DNA of 64,000 nt from the NCBI GenBank assembly GCA_044222185.1, contig JBGANV010000007.1, forward strand, positions 32,001 through 96,000, in the 5' to 3' direction. The notes below the pieces were generated by a model, which searched no databases, was not told where the DNA came from, and saw only the letters and a program-made list of their open reading frames with translations. Every line of letters begins with the position of its first letter. Position 1 is the first letter of the stretch. This document shows positions 39,301 to 46,893 of this stretch, piece after piece. The position numbers and the translations under genes were made by a program. The stretch comes from Planctomycetota bacterium. GTDB taxonomy: Bacteria > Planctomycetota > GCA-002687715 > CAIWVZ01.

Positions 39301-39563
39301 GTGCCGTGGGCATCGGTCCCGGCATCGTGTTGATGGACGGCGGCACGGTCACGCCACCAGCGTTCGGAGCCATGGACGCGGACGGGCATTGGGCCATCGA
39401 GAACGAGGGCGTGGCTCCGGATTACGAAGTGGTGGAATGGCCGAAGGACGTCATCGCGGGTCACGATCCGCAGCTCGAGAAGGCCGTCGCGCTCGCTCTC
39501 GCCGAGTTGGAGAAGAATCCGCCGAAGCCCCGGCCTTCGTTCACATCACCCAAGCCTCGCTGA
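36333..39563 (+). CDS. Tricorn protease homolog (S41 family), exported
   Basis: PD40-type propellers, WKRYRGG, EWRQMLREVWR..RDYFYDPKMHGVDW, GELACGH, PDZ, DERYNTGG, NENAGSGGD (catalytic Ser), RTWGG, IENEGVAPD, DPQLEKA. Confidence 0.95.
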   Translation: MFMSSRRGMPGLVSLVAWLVTVSGAAQTDVGETLLLQQPTISADHVVFVYAQDLWIVGRDGGVARRLTSHVESERAPALSPDAKLVAFTGQYDGNDDVYVIPIEGGIPRRLTFHPGRDVVQGWHPDGKRILFTSDRDGGAPVERAFLVSADGGNPEPLPMPKVARARLSGDGTHVAYTPIRDAFRTWKRYRGGQTTPIWIFDLSTFATEQIPHENASDTFPCWVGADVYFMSDRDGHMNLWRFTPGGSAPQQLTRFTDFDVRSVSSGAGVVVFEQAGAIHVWDPAKGSDTRLRVTVPADGLGARPRWSEAKGFVRGAAIAPNGKRVAAEVRGDIVTFPREFGDPRAVTDSPSAHDQSPAWSPDGTQLAWLSDESGEYRLLMRDERGVESPRAFDLGPGGFFFELTWSPDGKHISFHDRSGRIAFVTLETGVVTTIGSWPAAFGGSRGTASWSRDSRTIALATRDPATLYDSIQLYDLQTGKLTAITDGFGSADQPAFSMDGKYLFFRATVDGGMRRFGLDMSSRASRDPTMSLYAVVLQRSQKNPLAPKSDEASDDKKAAAESKPTAESRPAVELDGIDQRIVALPLPPRTYSGLACTKTRLLFLEASEPGASDATLRSFDFESRKAEDVVAKLSSFAVSASGEHLLVRMGDEISIASAEGKDKKVVGFDKVKVRVEPTVEWRQMLREVWRIHRDYFYDPKMHGVDWNAMWERWQAFLPHVRQRDDLNLVIAEMIGELACGHENVNGGDRPTAPESPGTGLLGADFSVEEGRHRIRTIYRGQNWNPTLRAPLTEPGVDAKVGDYLLAVDGRPLAGTQDLYAAFVGTANRQTVLTLSSTPDGAGARKVTVVPIASDTMLRRRAWVEANRRRVDALSNGRLAYVHMPDTGSSGKEAFDRDFYSELGRDGVILDERYNTGGMAADYVIATLSRQVIGHWMTREGWAARTPFATIPGPKVMIANENAGSGGDWMPWAFQRLKVGPVVGMRTWGGAVGIGPGIVLMDGGTVTPPAFGAMDADGHWAIENEGVAPDYEVVEWPKDVIAGHDPQLEKAVALALAELEKNPPKPRPSFTSPKPR

Positions 39564-39690
39564 GTGACGAGGCCGGCGCGACCGGGGCTCAGCCTCACCG
39601 TTCGACGGAATCCGAGTGGCCGTCGCGGTCGCCCCTGAGGCTCGCGGCCGTGTGCACCTACGATCCTTCGCCATCCGAAAGGGGCGCCCC

Positions 39691-41061
39691 ATGTCACCGA
39701 GCATCATCGAGCCGTTCAAGATCAAGGTCGTCGAGCCGATTCCGCTTCTCACGCGAGAGGAGCGCGAGCGGCGACTCGCCGCGGCGCACTTCAACCTCTT
39801 CGGGCTGAAGGCCGAGTCGGTGACGTTCGACTTCCTGACGGACTCGGGGATCTCGGCGATGTCGGTTCAACAATGGGCCGCCATGATGCTCGCGGACGAA
39901 TCGTATGCCGGGTCGCGGTCGTTCTTCCGCTTCGAGAAGGCCGTGCGCGACCTCACGGGGTTCAAGCACATCATCCCCACGCACCAGGGCCGCGCCGCCG
40001 AGCGGATCCTCTTCGCCATCACGGTGAAGCCTGGGATGCGCGTGCCGTCCAATTGCCACTTCGACACCACGCGCGCCAACATCGAGTTCGACGGGGGCGA
40101 GGCGGCGGACCTCGTGATCGAGGAGGGGAAGGACCCGAAGTCCGAGCACCCGTTCAAAGGCAACGTGAACCTCGACCGTCTGGATGCGTTCTGCCGCGAG
40201 CACGCCGGCACGATTCCGCTCGGCATGACGACCATCACGAACAACACGGCAGGCGGGCAGCCCGTCAGCCTGGAGAACCTCCGCGGTGTCGCGAAGATCC
40301 TGCGCTCGCACGGAATCCCGTTCATCCTCGATGCGTGCCGCTTCGCCGAGAACTCCTGGTTCATCAAGACGCGAGAGCCGGGCCAGTCGCATCGATCCGT
40401 GCCGGACATCGCACACGAGATCTTCCGGCTCGCGGATGGCTGCACGTTCTCGGGCAAGAAGGACGGCCTCGTGAACATGGGCGGGTTCCTCGCGCTCAAC
40501 GACGACGCGTGGGCGGAGCAGGCCCGCAATCTCCTCATCCTCACCGAGGGGTTCCCGACCTACGGCGGATGCGCCGCGCGCGATCTGGAGGCGCTCGCCG
40601 TCGGCATCGGCGAGTCCATGAGCGAGGAGTACCTCGAGTATCGCCAGGCGAGCATCAAGTACCTGGCGAAGGGGCTGAACGCGCGCGGCATTCCCACCGT
40701 TCAGCCGCCAGGCGGACACGCCGTCTACATCGACGCCAAGTCGTTCCTCTCGCACATTCCGCCCGAGCAGTTCCCGGGGCAGGCCCTCGCGTGCGAGCTC
40801 TACCTCGAGGGCGGCATTCGCTCGTGCGAGATCGGGTCGGTGATGTTCGGAAAGGTCTCGGCGGACGGGAAGTTCACGCCCTCAGCCATGGAACTCGTTC
40901 GCCTCGCGATTCCTCGCCGCTGCTACACCCAAAGCCACATCGACCGCGTGGTCGAGATCTGCGGTGACGTGGCGAGGCGGTCCCGCGAGCTTCGCGGCAT
41001 GAAGATGACCTTCCGCCCGCCGTTCCTCACGCACTTCACGGCGCGGTTCGCGCGGATGTAG
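39691..41061 (+). CDS. tnaA: Tryptophanase (PLP beta-eliminating lyase)
   Basis: EPFKIKVVEPI, DFLTDSG, DESYAGS, PTHQGRAAE, HFDTT, SGKKDG, EGFPTYGG; C-terminal HFTARF favours TnaA over tyrosine phenol-lyase (FFTARF). Confidence 0.9.
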   Translation: MSPSIIEPFKIKVVEPIPLLTREERERRLAAAHFNLFGLKAESVTFDFLTDSGISAMSVQQWAAMMLADESYAGSRSFFRFEKAVRDLTGFKHIIPTHQGRAAERILFAITVKPGMRVPSNCHFDTTRANIEFDGGEAADLVIEEGKDPKSEHPFKGNVNLDRLDAFCREHAGTIPLGMTTITNNTAGGQPVSLENLRGVAKILRSHGIPFILDACRFAENSWFIKTREPGQSHRSVPDIAHEIFRLADGCTFSGKKDGLVNMGGFLALNDDAWAEQARNLLILTEGFPTYGGCAARDLEALAVGIGESMSEEYLEYRQASIKYLAKGLNARGIPTVQPPGGHAVYIDAKSFLSHIPPEQFPGQALACELYLEGGIRSCEIGSVMFGKVSADGKFTPSAMELVRLAIPRRCYTQSHIDRVVEICGDVARRSRELRGMKMTFRPPFLTHFTARFARM

Positions 41062-41414
41062 CTCGGCGTCGCCGTCCTGGCGGACGGACGTTCGTTCCTG
41101 ACGTCTCGGCCTGGATGACGACCTCCGTCGTCGGGGATGGTCGCCCGTTGCGACCGGCGGACGCGTCTGGTGACGTCCGCGAGACTCTCGAACGACCGCG
41201 CGCTCGGCTCGAGCCCGTCCATCGCCGGTGGACGCGAGACGTGAATCGCGTTTCCAGGCGACGATGCCTGGTCGTCGAACGCCGGGAGGCGCGATGTACG
41301 CTCGAATGGCGGGGCTTGTGCAGCGTCGAGCTGCCGCGACATTCGCACGGTGGCTGATTGGCCTGAACCGGTGCGCAATGAACGATGGAGCGACGATCCT
41401 TCGGAGGCTCCACC

Positions 41415-43907
41415 ATGAGGACGAGACCCTCGGTGCTCGTGGCCTTGGCGTTCGCGATGCTCGGGTCGGTCGAATCGGCCGCACAATGTCCACCGGCGCA
41501 GTGGTCGGGAATGGCGCTGCCTGGGGGACTGGGCGCAACGGCCATCTATGCGACGTTCCGCTGGGATCCCGACGGTGGTGGACCGGCGTCGCCGCTGCTC
41601 GTCGCGGGCGGCGACATCACGATGGCCAGCGGCGCGCTGGCGTCGCGCGTGGCGGCGTGGAACGGTTCCACGTGGGTTCCGATGGGCGCGAACCTCGTTG
41701 GTGGCCGAGTCTGGAGCTTCGCGGAGTACCAGGGAAGCCTATATGCCGGTGGCAATCAGACGAGCCTGAGTACGGCGACCAGCCCCAATATCGGCCGATG
41801 GGGCGGCACCGCTTGGCAACCGGTCGGCAGCGGACTGAACGGCAACGTCCGCGCCCTCGCCGTGTTTGGTGGAGAGCTCATCGCCGGCGGCGATTTCACG
41901 ACGGCAGGTGGAGTCGCGGCGCCCTACCTCGCCCGGTGGAATGGGACGGCATGGGCGGCGTTCGGTCCACCCGTGAACGGAGAGGTGGACGCGCTGCGGG
42001 TTGCGAACGGCGAACTCGTCGCTGGCGGGAACTTCACGACGGCGGGCGGGCTCACGGTAAACCGGATCGCGCGGTGGAACGGCGTGTCGTGGCAGCCTTA
42101 TGGTGTCGGATTGGGCGCGACGGTCTACGCGCTTGCCGAATTCGGTGGTCAGCTCGTCGCGGCGGGCCAGTTCAATTCCTCGGGCAGCGCGTCGATTGGC
42201 ACCGTCGCCCGGTGGGACGGCACGTCGTGGCTGCAGCTCGGCGCCGGTGTCTGGAGCGCCGTTCGCTCACTCGAGGTGCTCGGGAGCGAACTCGTCGCCG
42301 GTGGGGATTTCGTTGCGGCCGGCGGCGTCTCCGCGGGCCACATCGCCGCATGGGACGGCTCGTGGGCGTGGCGCTCGCTCGGCCTGGGACTGTCTGCGAC
42401 GGTGCGGGCGCTGATCGTCGATGGGGGCACCCTCGTGGCGGCCGGCGACTTCGACGCAGCAGGCACGGTCGGATTGAACCGGATCGCGCGCTGGAGCGGC
42501 ACGACCTGGTCAGCGCTCACCCCTGAGGGTTTCAACGGGACCATCGCGAGTTTCAGCGAGTTCCAGGGCGATCTGGTTGTGGGCGGGGGGTTCACGATTG
42601 CCGGCGGTCCGTCGGCGAGGCGCGTGGCCCGGCGTATCGGAACGGGATGGCAGCCGTTGGGCGAAGGGATGACCGGATCTGGCCAGGTATTCGTACCGCC
42701 GCCCGCGGTGACGTCGCTCACGATCCACGGTGGGGATCTGATCGCCGGCGGGAACTTCGAGTTCGCGGACTCGAACCCGGCGCTGAACGTTGCCGCGTGG
42801 AATGGGACGTCGTGGCGCGCACTCGGCGGCGGCGTCGGCGCGGGGATCATTCCGGCGATTCCCGTGAATGCCGTGACGACCTACTTGGGCGAGGTCATCG
42901 CAGCCGGTCAGTTCACGGCGGCAAGCGGAGTTCCCGCATCGAACATCGCAGCCTGGAATGGAACCTCATGGCGGGCGCTCGGTTCGGGGCTCAATGGCCC
43001 CGTGCGATCGATGCGTGTCGTCGGGGGACTGCTCGTCGTGGGGGGGAACTTCAGTGCGGCCGGAGGGCTCTCATGCCGGGGGATCGCCACTTGGGACGGC
43101 GCGAGCTGGCAGCCGTTCGGGTATTGGACTGCATGCTCGACGGAGACTTCCGTAGCCGTTTACGCCGTCGGTGAGTATCAGGGGAACGTGGTTGCCGGGC
43201 ACGTGTTCTCCTGTGGACCGTTCGGTCCCACGCAGTTCTGGACCGTCCTACGGTGGACGGGTTCGGCATGGGTTCCGCTGGGTGGAGCATTCACGAATTT
43301 CGTTGGGGCGGCATGGCTGACCACCATCGAGGAGTTCGGTGGCGATCTGGTGGTCGCTGGTGATTTCACCAGTGCCGGTGGCGTCGCCGTCGAACGGATC
43401 GCCGCCTGGAACGGAACCAGTTGGCGCGCACTCGGCACGGGATTGGACGGGACCGCGGGCAGGCTCCATGCCTGGCGTGATCAACTCCTGGTTGCGGGTA
43501 CGTTCCGCATGGCGGGAGGGATCACCTCGCCGTACTTCGCGCAGTGGTCCGTGGCGCGACCTTACCTCCGTCTTCTGCCGAGCACGGCGTCGTCGTCCGT
43601 GACGGTGATCGACGAAGACCTCATCGCGGGGCACGAGTACTTCAATCTCTACAGCACGGAGCTCTGCGGGGGCGGTGTCGGAACAGGCCCATGGATTGGA
43701 CTATGCGCGACCGATCTGACGTCGCTCCTCGATCAGATCGCGTTGCCGATTGGCGCGCAGCCGTTCCATTTCGTCGCAGTGGGTCCTGAGATCGGATTCG
43801 GACCCTATGCCGTTCCGCCGGGATTCGCATTCGACGGTGTCTGCATCGACGTGACGCCAGCCGTCTTCGGATGTCACTCGGGTGTGCAGCGGTTCCTCGC
43901 TCCGTGA
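41415..43907 (+). CDS. Secreted beta-propeller repeat protein (about 14 WNG blades) with Cys-containing C-terminal domain
   Basis: GGAGG SD; signal SAA|QC; repeats VxAL..F.GxLVAGGxFTxAGG....IARWNGTSW..LG; CTD HEYFNLYS..LCGGGVGTGPWIGLC. Confidence 0.88.
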   Translation: MRTRPSVLVALAFAMLGSVESAAQCPPAQWSGMALPGGLGATAIYATFRWDPDGGGPASPLLVAGGDITMASGALASRVAAWNGSTWVPMGANLVGGRVWSFAEYQGSLYAGGNQTSLSTATSPNIGRWGGTAWQPVGSGLNGNVRALAVFGGELIAGGDFTTAGGVAAPYLARWNGTAWAAFGPPVNGEVDALRVANGELVAGGNFTTAGGLTVNRIARWNGVSWQPYGVGLGATVYALAEFGGQLVAAGQFNSSGSASIGTVARWDGTSWLQLGAGVWSAVRSLEVLGSELVAGGDFVAAGGVSAGHIAAWDGSWAWRSLGLGLSATVRALIVDGGTLVAAGDFDAAGTVGLNRIARWSGTTWSALTPEGFNGTIASFSEFQGDLVVGGGFTIAGGPSARRVARRIGTGWQPLGEGMTGSGQVFVPPPAVTSLTIHGGDLIAGGNFEFADSNPALNVAAWNGTSWRALGGGVGAGIIPAIPVNAVTTYLGEVIAAGQFTAASGVPASNIAAWNGTSWRALGSGLNGPVRSMRVVGGLLVVGGNFSAAGGLSCRGIATWDGASWQPFGYWTACSTETSVAVYAVGEYQGNVVAGHVFSCGPFGPTQFWTVLRWTGSAWVPLGGAFTNFVGAAWLTTIEEFGGDLVVAGDFTSAGGVAVERIAAWNGTSWRALGTGLDGTAGRLHAWRDQLLVAGTFRMAGGITSPYFAQWSVARPYLRLLPSTASSSVTVIDEDLIAGHEYFNLYSTELCGGGVGTGPWIGLCATDLTSLLDQIALPIGAQPFHFVAVGPEIGFGPYAVPPGFAFDGVCIDVTPAVFGCHSGVQRFLAP

Positions 43908-44023
43908 CGTGAGGTCGATCCGACTCCGTTCGCGACGGAGCCACGTGCAGACGGAGCGGGCCGTGGCTCGATGATCGGCGCGGCGGAATGATGTCCGTCG
44001 CGCGCGGTCGGACGACCCCGAGG

Positions 44024-45745
44024 CTATTTCCCGGTGCTCCGGTCGGCTGGCAGCTCGTGTCGCGTGGCGATCGGCACGTACCCCGCCTCCAGCCCCTTGG
44101 GCGGCTGGACGATCTGCGCCGGATCGAGTTCGGCGAGCGTGCCCGTGGTCGGCGGGGCGAGATAATCGCGATCCTTCGTCCAAGCGCGGTGCAGTTTCTC
44201 GACGCGCGCTTGCATCGACTCGCGTTCCGCGAGAGTGAGATCAGCATTGAGCAGCGCGGGCTGATCGGCGAAGCGATACCAGCAATAAGTGACGACGCTT
44301 CCGTCGCCGAGTCTCGCCTTGAACGGGCCGGCGGCGGGGCCGGGCGTCCTCCACGATGAGTCCTTCGATTGCGGCGTGTCGTAGGCCTCGGGGGCATCCT
44401 CGCGCGGACGGTCGAAGTGGGCACCCTTCAGGCCGGTTTCCGAAGGGACGTCGGCAGGGGCTGCGACGACCCACTGCGACTTCTTGGCTTCCGTCCGGAG
44501 TCGGTAGTACTCCGGGAGCATCACCATGTCGCCACCAGGCGAGGTGACCTTCGTGACGAAGCGGGAGTTCCACTCGAACCCGTAGGTGGTCGGGTCCGGC
44601 GCAATCGGCGTGGCGAACGACTTCCAGGCCATCGGCATCTTCTGATCCTTTGGAGTGTCGTCCGCGTAGATCTTCCACGTCGAACCACCGTCGGACCGGA
44701 AGTGCTGCACGAATTCGCCCTGGGGGTTGATGGCGCCGCTCACGGGATTGCCGCCATCGAACCAACTGCGGACGCCATCCCAGAGCGCGGCTTTCGTGTA
44801 GGACGTCAGGCGGTGGAGGGCGATCGTCTTGCCCCCGGCGCCGACGGGAAATCGCGTCGGCGCGATGCGGGCGAAGGGTTCACCCCACGAGCTCGTCCCC
44901 AAGGCAGCCGGAACGTATTGCGTCTCCATCTGGAATGCCTTGTTTGGCGTCGACGGCCGCGCGTCGAGGAGCAGGCCCGCATAACGGGGATCGACGACCG
45001 CGGAATGCGACCAGAAGTACGGCGTGAAGAAGCAGACCGGCCCTTTGAAGGTCCGCGTGTTGAGGAAGAGCGTCCAGCAGTTGTCGCCGGTCGGGATCTT
45101 TCGGCCCGCCGTCGTCGCTTTGGGTGCCGTAAGCGGCAGCGGGAGGTACCCGTAACCAAGAAGGTCTCCGCAGGTGCCCTGCTTGAGGTTCAAGCCGTCG
45201 ATCGGGAACAGCAGCCACGGGCTGAGTTGGGCGACGCCATAGAGACCCGCGGGCTTGTCCCACGTGCCGCGACCGTGAGCGGGGCCGTTCGCGATTTCGT
45301 TGAAGTTCACGGCGACGCCCCCCATGATGAACTTCGGCGTTTCGCTGGGGAACCGAGTGTCTCTCCACCAACCCAGGCCGCCTTCGATGTCGGAATACAG
45401 GTCGACGGGCGGCTTGGTGTCGTGTTGCGCGTGCATCCACGTACCGAACAATCCCGTCTGGAAGCGGTGGCCGGGATACTGCTGAAGGAGCGGCCACGCG
45501 GCGGCATACAGCGAGAACCCCGCATTGAACTGGTCGGGCACGTTCTCGGTCGAAACGAGTAGATATCCGGCCATTTCGCCCTTTTGGATCTCGGTTCGAC
45601 TTCGCGCATCGAGACCTCGAGGTTCCGCGTTTGGGGATCGCGCCAAGTGGAGCGAGCCACCTCGTTCGTCCTGCGACACGATGGCTGGGGTCGTCAACAG
45701 GCAGGCGAGCGACGCCCACACGATCGCGGTTCTGCGCTGCTGCAT
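44024..45745 (-). CDS. Exported hypothetical protein rich in Trp/Gly/Pro
   Basis: Signal peptide after ATG 45745; long well-biased ORF with motif-like strings (GFSLYAAAWPLL, SDIEGGLGWW, YWYRF-like YCWYRFADQPAL, PPKGLEAGYVPI); family not recognised. Confidence 0.75.
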   Translation of the reverse strand: MQQRRTAIVWASLACLLTTPAIVSQDERGGSLHLARSPNAEPRGLDARSRTEIQKGEMAGYLLVSTENVPDQFNAGFSLYAAAWPLLQQYPGHRFQTGLFGTWMHAQHDTKPPVDLYSDIEGGLGWWRDTRFPSETPKFIMGGVAVNFNEIANGPAHGRGTWDKPAGLYGVAQLSPWLLFPIDGLNLKQGTCGDLLGYGYLPLPLTAPKATTAGRKIPTGDNCWTLFLNTRTFKGPVCFFTPYFWSHSAVVDPRYAGLLLDARPSTPNKAFQMETQYVPAALGTSSWGEPFARIAPTRFPVGAGGKTIALHRLTSYTKAALWDGVRSWFDGGNPVSGAINPQGEFVQHFRSDGGSTWKIYADDTPKDQKMPMAWKSFATPIAPDPTTYGFEWNSRFVTKVTSPGGDMVMLPEYYRLRTEAKKSQWVVAAPADVPSETGLKGAHFDRPREDAPEAYDTPQSKDSSWRTPGPAAGPFKARLGDGSVVTYCWYRFADQPALLNADLTLAERESMQARVEKLHRAWTKDRDYLAPPTTGTLAELDPAQIVQPPKGLEAGYVPIATRHELPADRSTGK

Positions 45746-46330
45746 CACATCCGTCTCCGTCGAATGCAGATCGCCGCCGGTTGCGGGATCGCTCACCGAG
45801 TTCCGTGCGATTCCGGAGGACGCAGGCATTGCAACACTCGCGGACGCGCTTCGCAACGAGGACTCGTTCGGACTGGGTACGGGAGGCAGTGAATCGGGTG
45901 GCGCGCGGCCCAACAAACGCTGAGCGAGCTGGGTGGGTCCGGGCATGATCGCCTCCCATCGCGATGCCGCGGGCGGGAAGCTGCGGCAGGTAGCCGTTCC
46001 GCACGACTTGTCGCCGGCCGCGCTCGTCAACAGGCCTGCATGTCGGGCGACGAACTCGTCCGCCTCAGGAAACAACGCGGCCTGAACCATCCGGTGGGAT
46101 CCATCGCGTGCGATCCCGTCCAGCGAACCACGAAAACACTCATCGCCTTTCGCTGCGACGGCGGGCCGCGGTACGGTCGACGCGTTCAATCTCACGGCCC
46201 ATCCTTCTGCCTCACTTCGAGGAGCCGGCGGTCAAAGCGCCGACGGGAGGCGCCGCGGTTTTCATTCTGGCTGAACACGACAGTTGGTCAGGCCGCTGTT
46301 GGTCGATCTCGACTGGAGATCGCGGATCGG

Positions 46331-46543
46331 TCAGCCGAGCGGATTCATCGTCACCGTCAGCCCATCGCGGAGGATGTTCGGGACAGCGTCGACGGAAGTC
46401 CCAAACTCCTTCATCATGGCGGCTTGGCCCGGGAGAAACCCGGAGATGCATCGCGCGAAGGCGATCGTCGACAGGATCCCTCGGAACAGCAGGCCGTCGA
46501 ACCCCAGGGGCGCTCCGGTGATCTTCGACGCGTGACAGGCCAT
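46331..46543 (-). CDS. Possible small ORF or gene remnant, unknown function
   Basis: GC3-biased frame MACHASKITGAPLGFDGLLFRG...NPLG; opposite-strand frames read like shadow ORFs. Confidence 0.25.
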   Translation of the reverse strand: MACHASKITGAPLGFDGLLFRGILSTIAFARCISGFLPGQAAMMKEFGTSVDAVPNILRDGLTVTMNPLG

Positions 46544-46762
46544 GAAGTCTTGCGCGGCGCTTCCCCCCGTGGCAGGTCGCCATTCAACAGCCTGGTGCAT
46601 ACACGGGCGGCGCCGTGCGTTCATTCACCCGCGTCGCTCACCGAGCGACATTCGCACGTAGGCGCCAGCGTTCGGCTTCGGGTGAGGCGTCAGCCGAGCC
46701 CGAGGTGTGGACGAGCCTCACGAGCGCCGAGACTCGTCCCTCGGCCGGCCGCCATTTTTCTT

Positions 46763-46783
46763 GAAAATCATGCCGTGATTTTC
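46763..46783. promoter_or_regulatory. AT-rich palindrome GAAAATCA-N5-TGATTTTC, operator-like
   Basis: Perfect 8-bp inverted repeat about 110 bp upstream of the gene at 46894. Confidence 0.4.
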
Positions 46784-46893
46784 CACGCAACCGACACGGC
46801 CGTCGCATTTGCCCCAATGCCGACGGGATGCTGTAGGATGCCCGCGCCCGTATCCTCACGGGAACGTTCGGGCCACCTATCGGAGGGATGCCA

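Noticed and set aside
39564-39690. tnaC leader peptide or attenuator
   Set aside because: No short ORF with the TnaC W-x3-D...P pattern recognised
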